Shown piece by piece: positions 46,208-54,323 of a stretch of 64,000 nt of DNA. Below the pieces are notes generated by a model. That model was not told the origin of the DNA, ran no database searches, and worked only from the letters and a program-made list of their open reading frames with translations. Numbering within the stretch: the stretch's first letter is position 1; every line of letters begins with the position of its first letter. Position numbers and translations under genes: made by a program. Source of the stretch: a virus; the IMG/VR virus record IMGVR_UViG_3300021373_000005; one strand, written 5' to 3'.

Positions 46208-46876
46208 TTATTCTTGTAAATATTCTTGTGATAAAGGAAATATTTTAGATATTGCTTCAGCAACTGCACGTGCGAGTTCAATGTGTTCAAGTTGTGTACC
46301 ATTTCCACTTCGTAATTCAATATAATGAATCCATGATCTTAATGTACCATTTACATATAATCTTGAAACTGTATTTCCTTCAGGCAACACTGCTCTTGCT
46401 TGTTCTTTCGCAATACCTTTATCAATTGCCCAGTTATATAATTCTTTTGCTTGACGTATAAATGCTAATTGCTTCATACGAAAGTCTTCGTTAATTCTTC
46501 GATGTAATTCATCATCCCAATCTACAGGGATTGAGTTTTGTCTATTCTTTGGATCTTGTAATCGAGCTTCACGTGCCACAAATTCTAAATCTTCAGTTGG
46601 GTCAGCATATCTTTGACTGAACTCCTGAAAAGAAAAAGAACGATGTCTTAGTAATTGGCGTGCAATATCTCGTGTCGTTTCAATTTCCAAACAAGCACTC
46701 ACCATTTCAAATGGAGACCAATGCTTATGTTTAGCAAGGTACTTCAAAAGTTTTTCAGATGTTTCTTTATTGTTTTGATTATTAGGATTGCTTACTCTCG
46801 CACAATAAGCAACTAAGTCCTGAGCTGATTCGTTGTACTCAGGGGATTGACTATAACTAATCAATTTAACCTTCAT
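46208..46876 (-). CDS. thyX: Flavin-dependent thymidylate synthase
   Basis: HWSPFEM, RQLLRHRSFSFQEFSQRY ThyX motif, EQARAVLP, LRSWIHYIELR. Confidence 0.96.
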   Translation of the reverse strand: MKVKLISYSQSPEYNESAQDLVAYCARVSNPNNQNNKETSEKLLKYLAKHKHWSPFEMVSACLEIETTRDIARQLLRHRSFSFQEFSQRYADPTEDLEFVAREARLQDPKNRQNSIPVDWDDELHRRINEDFRMKQLAFIRQAKELYNWAIDKGIAKEQARAVLPEGNTVSRLYVNGTLRSWIHYIELRSGNGTQLEHIELARAVAEAISKIFPLSQEYLQE

Positions 46877-46879
46877 TAT

Positions 46880-47902
46880 CTATGTCCTTCTCCATTGTTG
46901 AAATTTCAATTTAGCCTCTAAACCTTTATATGTAATTGTTCTCATTAAACTCTCAACACAACTAATTTTACCTGAGAGTACCATTTCATTAATATCCTTT
47001 CCTTCAATATCATTAGGCCATATTACAATCTGATGACCCATGTCAATAATTTTTTCCATACGCTTATGAATCTCGCGATTACGAGGTTCGGCGTCAAACA
47101 CAAAGACGGCATTCCCTACATGGTCAAGTGCATTCGTATTGCCATCGGCTCCTGCCATCGCAACAGCGTTTGATAAAAACATACTATCCAACGCACCTTC
47201 GACCACGTAATACTTTTCTTTAAAGTTTACTTTGTCGAGTCCAAATATTTTAGGTACTTCATCAAACATGATGGTAATATACCTAAGGCCCTCAGGGTCA
47301 AACCCTCGAGCTGAAACTCCGAAACATTTTCGGTCTTTGTCTAAAAAAGGAATAACTAAGCGAGGCTCGTCTTTCTTTACGTTCTCGAACTTATTTGGAA
47401 TGATTCCGTTAATCCATTCTTTAAATCTTGGTGCGAAATAAAGACGGTAATGATGCTTAGAAGGAATACTCCTTTTATCTATATATTTCTTTACTGGGTG
47501 ATTATAATCGAGTTGACTGATTTTTTTTAAGTTTTTTAACACATCTCTGTGAGAGAAATTTGGTTGCTCAAACTTCGTCTGCTCTAGAGTTGATGTTTCT
47601 GTTGAAATCGTATTATTGGCTTTACCGATAAATTTTTCGGCAACATAATCATTATATGCTAAAGGGTCGACCACCCTGAGAAAATTGGAAAAGGAATGAC
47701 TTGCTCCACAATTGTGACAATAATAGAACAAGGAGTTATCTTTCTCAAGGAGCCAACCACGAGCTTTTGATTTGGATTTTTTTGAATCGCCGCATATAGG
47801 ACAACGAAAGTTGATTTTCATCGGAGAGCGGTTTGTAATCTTGTATCTGTCCAATCGCCCTGCTAATTGCTGGGCATACTGAATCTCCACAAAGTCAAGC
47901 AT
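46880..47902 (-). CDS. gp61: DNA primase (T4 gp61-like)
   Basis: NFRCPICGDS...YYCHNCG zinc finger, RLVIPF, VVEGALDSMF, VFDAEPRN, KDINEM. Confidence 0.95.
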   Translation of the reverse strand: MLDFVEIQYAQQLAGRLDRYKITNRSPMKINFRCPICGDSKKSKSKARGWLLEKDNSLFYYCHNCGASHSFSNFLRVVDPLAYNDYVAEKFIGKANNTISTETSTLEQTKFEQPNFSHRDVLKNLKKISQLDYNHPVKKYIDKRSIPSKHHYRLYFAPRFKEWINGIIPNKFENVKKDEPRLVIPFLDKDRKCFGVSARGFDPEGLRYITIMFDEVPKIFGLDKVNFKEKYYVVEGALDSMFLSNAVAMAGADGNTNALDHVGNAVFVFDAEPRNREIHKRMEKIIDMGHQIVIWPNDIEGKDINEMVLSGKISCVESLMRTITYKGLEAKLKFQQWRRT

Positions 47903-47942
47903 AATATAAAATCCAAATGTTTATAATTTAATCGTTGCGACT

Positions 47943-47971
47943 ATTATAATACAATTTGTGAAGGATGTCAA
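47943..47971 (-). promoter_or_regulatory. Sigma70-like promoter for the primase-thyX-nrd unit
   Basis: TTGACA-17-TATAAT. Confidence 0.8.
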
Positions 47972-47974
47972 TGG

Positions 47975-48505
47975 TTATTTCTGAAATATTACAGAAAGGT
48001 CAGCATAATTTAATATGAAAGTAATAATAGCAAATGCTCCTAACATCCACCACTTCAAATTTTCAAGTGCTCTAATCTGCTGTTCTTGTATGGCCACTTT
48101 ATCTTTAACGTCACGTACTATATTATCAATAATTGCTAAAGTTTCATTATGTCTTTGTTCATGAGCACGCCTTGTTTCTTCTGCCATTAAACGATGCTGT
48201 TCTTTACCCTCGGTCATTGCGGATAGCATCTCTTCTTTAAAGGCCTGCTTATATTCGTCGAGTTCTTCTTTCATGGCAAGCCTTGCTTCCATGTTCATTC
48301 GACGTTGGTCTTGTAATCTTTCATCCATAAATTCTAGTTTGGATTGAAAGTTTTCCATAATCTGTGCCTGTACTGCCAAGGACTTAGCAATATCTTGCAT
48401 TCCTTCAACGGCATCATCTACTTTATCAAAGAATTTTCCAATGGATTGAATGTCTTTTTTGATTAAAGCAATGTCGGTCTTGACGTGATTGAGGTCGTCA
48501 GACAT
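47975..48505 (-). CDS. Coiled-coil protein with C-terminal TM (possible holin/lysis accessory)
   Basis: Long heptad region ending LKWWMLGAFAIITFIL; follows the spanin genes. Confidence 0.5.
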   Translation of the reverse strand: MSDDLNHVKTDIALIKKDIQSIGKFFDKVDDAVEGMQDIAKSLAVQAQIMENFQSKLEFMDERLQDQRRMNMEARLAMKEELDEYKQAFKEEMLSAMTEGKEQHRLMAEETRRAHEQRHNETLAIIDNIVRDVKDKVAIQEQQIRALENLKWWMLGAFAIITFILNYADLSVIFQK

Positions 48506-48526
48506 ATTTACTCCAGTTATATGGTT

Positions 48527-48567
48527 ATTATATCACAGAATCCATTATATGTCAATGGATATTTATA
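48527..48567 (-). promoter_or_regulatory. Tandem late (TATAAATA 48560-48567) and sigma70-like (48527-48555) promoters
   Basis: Both motifs exact. Confidence 0.7.
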
Positions 48568-48595
48568 ATTAAGAAGGTACGAATTTAAGATTAAA

Positions 48596-49144
48596 TCAAT
48601 TATTATCTGATTTATTTTGAATCGCAATACCCGCCGCGGGTTCGTCGTCAATAGTTACATTTCGATAATATACAATTACTTCTCCAAGCTCTCGTATATA
48701 TCTTCTAAGTTCTTGTGTATTCTTCGACATCAATTGATAGTCTCCAACAGTCATTGCTACAAACACCACATCACCGTTGTTCTTCTTTTTCATGTCGTCA
48801 AGGAATTTGTCAAGGTAAGTATAACCTACGGGCCAGTCAGGGTTATCGCGCCCTTCAAGAGGGCAGTCCTTTGGTCGTTTAAATTGCTCAACACCTTCGT
48901 CATTAAATTTTGGAGGGTCGTATTGAATTGTAGCTTTACACGGATTTGTAATAACCGCTTCAGATACAACATACCATTTAGGATCGTTTAATTGAATAGG
49001 ACGTGGTAGTGTTGGTTGAATAATCTCAATCTTAATTGGTTTAGTGACAATCTCAACTTCTTTAGTACCAAATAGATTACCTAAGGTACTACAACCGCTA
49101 AGGAACGTCAGGAGCGTCAAGCTCGCTAATAGCTTTGCTGTCAT
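48596..49144 (-). CDS. Outer-membrane lipoprotein, o-spanin-like
   Basis: Lipobox FLSGC, Pro-rich segment, overlaps the upstream TM/coiled-coil gene. Confidence 0.7.
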   Translation of the reverse strand: MTAKLLASLTLLTFLSGCSTLGNLFGTKEVEIVTKPIKIEIIQPTLPRPIQLNDPKWYVVSEAVITNPCKATIQYDPPKFNDEGVEQFKRPKDCPLEGRDNPDWPVGYTYLDKFLDDMKKKNNGDVVFVAMTVGDYQLMSKNTQELRRYIRELGEVIVYYRNVTIDDEPAAGIAIQNKSDNN

Positions 49145-49481
49145 TCTCTATGTCCTCAAATACTGCGGCAGTACCATTATTGAATCTTATTTCCATAAGA
49201 CCAGGTTTGGCAACTGCAAGTTTGTCAAAATTGTGTCGAGCAAATATAGCAAGATACTCATCCTTCTCTTGCTCTATTTGATTATAATTACGTTGAAGGT
49301 TAGATAACGATTGACCTTGTTTTTCATAAGATTCTTGCATAGCAGCCAATGTTGCCTTCTGTTCTTCAACAGCGGCTTCAAGTTTTACTGCGTTCTCTTT
49401 AAGAGTTATGTTTTCGTTATATAACCAGTATGAACCTAAACCAAGAACCAATATAATTCCGATGAATAATTGGTTAAACAT
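49098..49481 (-). CDS. i-spanin-like protein
   Basis: N-terminal TM plus periplasmic coiled coil; KPGLMEIRFN. Confidence 0.7.
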   Translation of the reverse strand: MFNQLFIGIILVLGLGSYWLYNENITLKENAVKLEAAVEEQKATLAAMQESYEKQGQSLSNLQRNYNQIEQEKDEYLAIFARHNFDKLAVAKPGLMEIRFNNGTAAVFEDIENDSKAISELDAPDVP

Positions 49482-49483
49482 TT

Positions 49484-49684
49484 TTAGTCTTCTTCAGATT
49501 GTTCAGCTTCTGGTTCTGCAGCAAGGTCAGCTGCCATTTCAACTTCAGGATATTCCTGAGTCATGTCTTGATACTTTTGATTTAATGCAGCTCTTACTCG
49601 AGTTGTCATTTCAGAATCAAAAGCTTTCTTAAGGTTAAGTGGATTGTTATCCAACGCGTTAGCGATTATATCATTTACTGGCAT
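49484..49684 (-). CDS. Small prohead core protein (gp67-like, tentative)
   Basis: IIANALDNNPLNLKKAFDSEMTTRVRAAL pattern with acidic tail; late promoter upstream. Confidence 0.45.
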   Translation of the reverse strand: MPVNDIIANALDNNPLNLKKAFDSEMTTRVRAALNQKYQDMTQEYPEVEMAADLAAEPEAEQSEED

Positions 49685-49717
49685 TTTATGTTCTCCATAC
49701 TATATTGTTAGTAAAAT

Positions 49718-49725
49718 TATTTATA
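49718..49725 (-). promoter_or_regulatory. T4-type late promoter TATAAATA
   Basis: Exact motif overlapping the lysozyme stop. Confidence 0.7.
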
Positions 49726-50188
49726 CATTTTCTAAACGAACCATTAATCTTTCGGCTCGGTTAGTAACTTGTTTGTGCCATCGAGAATCTCTACCCTCAA
49801 CAGCGGCTTCTTTCCAATCTCCTTTGAGAATGGCTTCATGCATTTTCTTAAATTTGCTTAGTCTTGTTCTTCCCATGTTGAACATCATATTAACTAAGAT
49901 TTGTTGTACTTCATCAGGTAGGTCTCCGAAGACTCCTTCTTCATACAATTTTTCGCATTCACTGATTGCGATATCTAAATCCTTCTCGAAACATTCTTTT
50001 ACTCTGTCTTCGTCAACAGGTGTACCAACTTCTGCTCCGTGTTCTGGATCTGATTCTAATACTAGGTGACCAACTCCAAAAGTAGGATAACCTAGATGGT
50101 CAAGATAAACTTCATTAACGACGCCTTCGTCAATTTTCAATTGTTCAAAGACAGCTTCTCTGTCTAATTTTGTATCTCTAAAAAACAT
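49721..50188 (-). CDS. Phage lysozyme (T4 lysozyme-like muramidase)
   Basis: LKIDEG...YLDHLGYPTFGVGHL (E-8aa-D-5aa-T triad), LVNMMFNMG, DSRWHKQVTNRAERL. Confidence 0.92.
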   Translation of the reverse strand: MFFRDTKLDREAVFEQLKIDEGVVNEVYLDHLGYPTFGVGHLVLESDPEHGAEVGTPVDEDRVKECFEKDLDIAISECEKLYEEGVFGDLPDEVQQILVNMMFNMGRTRLSKFKKMHEAILKGDWKEAAVEGRDSRWHKQVTNRAERLMVRLENV

Positions 50189-50199
50189 TTTGTTCCTCT

Positions 50200-50550
50200 C
50201 TATGTTAACGTCGTTATATCAACAGCAGATGTACCTTGAAATTCTAAAAGGCTTGCTACTATACTTTCCGCGTTATCTTTAATAGTATTATCATAATATG
50301 TATCACCGCCTGCATACTCATATCCCCATAAAGCAATGTCAACTGCAGTATTTGCTGTAGATACTTTTTCTATTTCTGAGTTGGCAAGATCTTCAGCACT
50401 CAATACAGCAACCATAGGTTGTACTGCATATACTGAACTTCCGACTGCCACATCATAAGTTTTAACATTAAGTGTTACTTTCTTAATTGTGTTGTCTGAG
50501 TCAAATTTTAATACTTCAGCTAACTCAAGTACCTTATCATAACTAGGCAT
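50200..50550 (-). CDS. Hypothetical late protein
   Basis: 116 aa in a late operon. Confidence 0.7.
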   Translation of the reverse strand: MPSYDKVLELAEVLKFDSDNTIKKVTLNVKTYDVAVGSSVYAVQPMVAVLSAEDLANSEIEKVSTANTAVDIALWGYEYAGGDTYYDNTIKDNAESIVASLLEFQGTSAVDITTLT

Positions 50551-50555
50551 AATTA

Positions 50556-51020
50556 TTACTTATAGTTATAGTTACCATCCCAATCAGTTCTTGGGAAATT
50601 AGCAAAAGATTTTAATTTACCTAACTCCGTTACCATATCGCTAAAATCTATATCATCTTCTGTTTTACCGCTTGGTAATTTTGGATTCTTACCTGGCATT
50701 CCTGGATATATATCTAATGCGAAATCTAAGTTACCATCACCAACTTTCAATCTGTTGTCTTTGGCATCACTCATAGGTCCAATTAAAACTTCTTGTTCAT
50801 TATATCTAAGTCCTAGTTTTCTAAAATGCTTTTCTACAATTTTTAAAGCAGTTTTAATATCTTTAATAACAGGTGCTGATACATTATCATCATGCATAGC
50901 TTCCTGCTTCAATTTAAACTGAGCTCTAAATCCTGTAAGCTTAGCACCAGGAAATGGTGGCCTAGGTAATTTAAAAGTTTCAGCCAAATGGTTTTGTTCC
51001 CATTGTTTGAAAGATTTCAT
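50556..51020 (-). CDS. Putative internal head protein
   Basis: N-terminus MKSFKQWEQNHLAE; AGGAGA SD. Confidence 0.55.
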   Translation of the reverse strand: MKSFKQWEQNHLAETFKLPRPPFPGAKLTGFRAQFKLKQEAMHDDNVSAPVIKDIKTALKIVEKHFRKLGLRYNEQEVLIGPMSDAKDNRLKVGDGNLDFALDIYPGMPGKNPKLPSGKTEDDIDFSDMVTELGKLKSFANFPRTDWDGNYNYK

Positions 51021-51042
51021 TTCTATCTTCTCCTTTTTTAAA

Positions 51043-51801
51043 TTAGCCTGCAGCCGAACTCATTGCTTGCTTAGCTGCAGCACGCTCTTTATCGCGTTCT
51101 TGTTTACGTTTCTCACGCTCTTTTTCAACTTCATCTTGATTCTTTTGCCTTTCGGCTTCAGCGGCGTGCTTTAATTTAATTCTTTCTTTTTCCTTGTCTT
51201 GACGATCCTTCATCAATTCAAGTTCAGATGCTTGCCTTGCCTTTAATTGAGCTTGAGCAACTGCATCTTCTTTAACATTTACCGTACCCATAATATCTCG
51301 AATACGTTTCTTGTGTTTCTTTTGATTCTTTTTAGAAACTCCTGGTTCTCCGTCAGGACCTACTCCTAATCCGGCAATATTTCCACCGCCGACATTATTT
51401 ACAGGTTCTTCTTCCATTTCGCGTTTTGCTGCTTCAGCAATAATCACGCCGTTCTCTTCCAAGAATCTTTCTAAAGCCAAATCTAAATCTTTTTCAATAG
51501 ATGCTTCAGTTAAATAATTTGTAGCTTCAATTCTTTGCTCTTCTTTAATTAACCAAAGAGCTGCGGCATAACTTGCTAATTTTGTTTGACCGCCTGGTAA
51601 TTTACTTAAAAGCTTTTTGATATTTAATATCATTTGGTCAAATACACCAAAAGCTTTCTTTTGCTCATTCTTACCAAAGTCCTTGCGTTTAATTAAGATA
51701 TTACCTTTTTCGTCGATAATACCCAATTTATACGCAGGCCAAGTATTAAAAGGTTTTACTAACCTCTTAATAAAAGAATATGCTAAGAATAAATCTACCA
51801 T
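51043..51801 (-). CDS. Conserved T4-like virion-associated protein with charged C-terminus
   Basis: VDLFLAYSFIKRLVKPF...AYKLGIIDEKG, KLASYAAALWLIKE, EEEPVNNVGGGNIAG. Confidence 0.75.
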   Translation of the reverse strand: MVDLFLAYSFIKRLVKPFNTWPAYKLGIIDEKGNILIKRKDFGKNEQKKAFGVFDQMILNIKKLLSKLPGGQTKLASYAAALWLIKEEQRIEATNYLTEASIEKDLDLALERFLEENGVIIAEAAKREMEEEPVNNVGGGNIAGLGVGPDGEPGVSKKNQKKHKKRIRDIMGTVNVKEDAVAQAQLKARQASELELMKDRQDKEKERIKLKHAAEAERQKNQDEVEKEREKRKQERDKERAAAKQAMSSAAG

Positions 51802-52176
51802 TTATATTTCCTTTAACCTTAGTTCGATAAGTTCATCTCCTACAATAGAATTAGAATTTATCATCAATCCATCATATATTAATACCTCAGGCATATAGTT
51901 CAAATATTCCACGAACGGTTTTAAAAATTCGTGATATTCATGCAGCCGCATAAATAACATATTTGTTGCCGTAGGACCAAACACATTGAATATTACAATG
52001 AGATGGTTCAGAATTAACCTTTCCTTTAAATCGCCATCTTGACGATAACGACTAAAGAGCTTACGCAAATATTGAAAGCGTTTAATATCTTCTTCAAACT
52101 CTGACATCTCAGTACACTGAGGGTTGTCATAGTTCTTCATCGCGTATAGCAGAAAGGTTGATTCTGTCAAATTCAT
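51802..52176 (-). CDS. Conserved T4-like hypothetical protein
   Basis: LLYAMKNYDNPQC, EFEEDIKRFQYLRKL, ERLILNHLIVIFNVFG. Confidence 0.8.
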   Translation of the reverse strand: MNLTESTFLLYAMKNYDNPQCTEMSEFEEDIKRFQYLRKLFSRYRQDGDLKERLILNHLIVIFNVFGPTATNMLFMRLHEYHEFLKPFVEYLNYMPEVLIYDGLMINSNSIVGDELIELRLKEI

Positions 52177-52202
52177 AACAATAAAAGGCTAACTATTTAG
52201 AA

Positions 52203-52499
52203 TTAGCTGTCAGCTACAACTGTATCGTCACCTGTACCACTTACACCTAAGTCACCAGCATCTCCTGCAGATACCTTCATAGGTACCAAACACTCTGCAT
52301 AATGACGACCGTTTGATGTGTGATACAACCACCAACCTGGACCTTTAAGTCCTTTAGCTCTGTTAGCAGCAACACCTGCCTCTGTCAAGTCAACGAATAC
52401 TGCGTTGTCTTTATCATGAGACTTGTTAGTGTTATCTGAACTATCTTCGAGCCACTTAGGTACTGAAGCTACTGCGTCTGTTTTTCCCCATAGTGCCAT
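52203..52499 (-). CDS. Conserved hypothetical virion protein
   Basis: MALWGKTD, GLKGPGWWLY, RHYAECLV. Confidence 0.75.
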   Translation of the reverse strand: MALWGKTDAVASVPKWLEDSSDNTNKSHDKDNAVFVDLTEAGVAANRAKGLKGPGWWLYHTSNGRHYAECLVPMKVSAGDAGDLGVSGTGDDTVVADS

Positions 52500-52544
52500 T
52501 GTTATCTCCTTGTTTTTATTTTATTAACGTTAATAATAAATTTT

Positions 52545-52784
52545 TTATTTTAGAACTTTGTAAAGTTCATCAACTAAATCAGCTTTCTTTTTACGTTTGT
52601 CTAATTCAACGCCTGCTTTACGACCTTCTGCCTCAAGCCCAGCTTTTGTTAGTTTACCTAACGCAGCTTTAGTAACTTTAGGACCTTTAGCAACAGCAGC
52701 CTTCTTCGGCTCCTTTACTGGGTCTATTTTAGCAGGAGTTTCGTTTAGACCAAAAAGCTTTTTAATCCAATCAATCAAAAACAT
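52545..52784 (-). CDS. Small basic protein with LEM/SAP-like C-terminus
   Basis: LTKAGLEAEGRKAGVELDKRKKKADLV. Confidence 0.7.
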   Translation of the reverse strand: MFLIDWIKKLFGLNETPAKIDPVKEPKKAAVAKGPKVTKAALGKLTKAGLEAEGRKAGVELDKRKKKADLVDELYKVLK

Positions 52785-52809
52785 AATTTACTCCTATTAT
52801 ATAATAGAA

Positions 52810-53661
52810 TTAACTGCCGCAGTTGCTAGCAGCTAATTTCTTTTTTGCTTTAGGCTCGAGAGTATCTGAAGCTTCAGTATCCTCGGCCTTTTCGTTATCT
52901 CCTTTCCAGTTTGCATCGATGTAATTAAAGAATTCTTTCTTCTTCTCATCATCAAGCTCTGCTGGAGATTCGACTCCAAATTTTTTCAAAGCAGATTGAA
53001 AGAACTTTTCGTATTCTTCCTTATCTCCAGATTCAGCCTCTAATCTAGCCATAATCTTTTGTTCAATCTTGCTTTCAATAATTTCTTTCCAACTCATTGT
53101 TGTCTCTTCCGCAATAGTACTAATTCCTTGTGGGAAAAACTTCTTGGCAGCTGATGCATTGTTAAGTAAGGTATATACATCAATAGCAAACTGTTTCATT
53201 TTGTCAGAAGCATTATTCCATACATCTTTATCTCCAGATAACTTATGTGCCACGATCTCCGCAACTCCATACGCATAATGAGCTGCACCACATAATTGAG
53301 CTAAAAGAAATAATTCTTTTGGATTTTTTGGTACTCCTCTAAGACCGTTAACTTTGTACTTGGCATTTAATTTTAGTACTGTTTTTATATCAAACATAAA
53401 CGAAACAGAACCAAAGTTACTTCCGCCTCTATTAGACATATTGAAGTGATTAATATAGCCTCTTGGACTTACAATATAACCATCGGTTTCTGAGTCATCC
53501 ATATCTTCTTCGTCAAGATAAAAACTAAAATCGTCAACATCCAAGACCTTCTTGGACATCCATGAAGGCCACCCTGATTTGCCGATTCCTGCTTCTTTTA
53601 TTCCGTCGCCACTATCAAGTGGTCCTTTGACGGTCTTACCGTCGTAAATTCCTATTGCCAT
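52810..53661 (-). CDS. Two-part late protein (variable N-terminal domain + conserved C-terminal module)
   Basis: Internal MSWKEIIE at 53097 then YEKFFQSALKKFGVESPAELDDEKKKEFFNYID. Confidence 0.7.
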   Translation of the reverse strand: MAIGIYDGKTVKGPLDSGDGIKEAGIGKSGWPSWMSKKVLDVDDFSFYLDEEDMDDSETDGYIVSPRGYINHFNMSNRGGSNFGSVSFMFDIKTVLKLNAKYKVNGLRGVPKNPKELFLLAQLCGAAHYAYGVAEIVAHKLSGDKDVWNNASDKMKQFAIDVYTLLNNASAAKKFFPQGISTIAEETTMSWKEIIESKIEQKIMARLEAESGDKEEYEKFFQSALKKFGVESPAELDDEKKKEFFNYIDANWKGDNEKAEDTEASDTLEPKAKKKLAASNCGS

Positions 53662-53698
53662 TTTTAATTTCCCTTCTTTATAAGTTGTTTAATATGTT

Positions 53699-53706
53699 TA
53701 TTTATA
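53699..53706 (-). promoter_or_regulatory. T4-type late promoter TATAAATA
   Basis: Exact motif upstream of 53661. Confidence 0.7.
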
Positions 53707-53974
53707 ACAATTTAGTAACTCTGATTTCCAAATTGTTTACACCTTTAATTAATCTATGATATTCGCCTTTTCTTATTGTAAAGCCAATACCGGGTTTTAA
53801 TAATACAGGTAAAGATCCTTCAGGCTGAAATTGCCATCCATCTCCACTCAACACTTCAATAATTCTATCTTCATTGTCTCTATGCCAAACAAACTCTTCA
53901 TCGGGTTGTTCAACATCAAAGATACGAATATCTTCTTTATCTATATATGGCTTACCAGAAATAATCTCCGCCAC
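53702..53974 (-). CDS. Cupin-fold small protein
   Basis: EFVWHRD...GWQFQ...IRKGEYHRLIKG; start uncertain (GTG 53974 chosen). Confidence 0.7.
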   Translation of the reverse strand: MAEIISGKPYIDKEDIRIFDVEQPDEEFVWHRDNEDRIIEVLSGDGWQFQPEGSLPVLLKPGIGFTIRKGEYHRLIKGVNNLEIRVTKLL

Positions 53975-54323
53975 CCTTGAGTCCCAATTCGTTTGCGTAC
54001 TTAGGTAATCGACAGGCCCAATACCCCGCAGACATTTTATCTGTTTTAGTATCGCAATTGTGTCTTGATGCAAAATTCTTTGCTGCCTCTCTATCATTAA
54101 TTTTTGCTGTGAGGCCACCTTTTTCATCACCAAACTCAATCTTTTTGATATTACCTGTGTCAGGGTTTCTAACATAGACAACATATTTCTTATCTCCACT
54201 TGAACGTTTTGGTTTATTTAATTCAGGTTCTTCGTCAAGCTCAATCATTGGAGTTTCTAAAGGAACTGTAACTCCTTCGTATAGTCCGAAGTTTTCGTAT
54301 TTCCAATCTGCTATCTTTTTCAT
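53952..54323 (-). CDS. Conserved hypothetical late protein
   Basis: LNKPKRSSGDKKYVVYV...FGD...FASRHNC...AGYWACR. Confidence 0.75.
   Translation of the reverse strand: MKKIADWKYENFGLYEGVTVPLETPMIELDEEPELNKPKRSSGDKKYVVYVRNPDTGNIKKIEFGDEKGGLTAKINDREAAKNFASRHNCDTKTDKMSAGYWACRLPKYANELGLKGGGDYFW

Noticed and set aside
4102-47902. Introns, inteins or homing endonucleases in gp23, ligase, nrdA/B, thyX or primase
   Set aside because: All ORFs are continuous and of ordinary length; no LAGLIDADG, HNH, GIY-YIG or intein motifs seen
53975-54199. Long N-terminal extension of the cupin ORF (track 53702-54199)
   Set aside because: Overlaps the conserved ORF 53952-54323 in another frame; likely an artefact of the longest-ORF call
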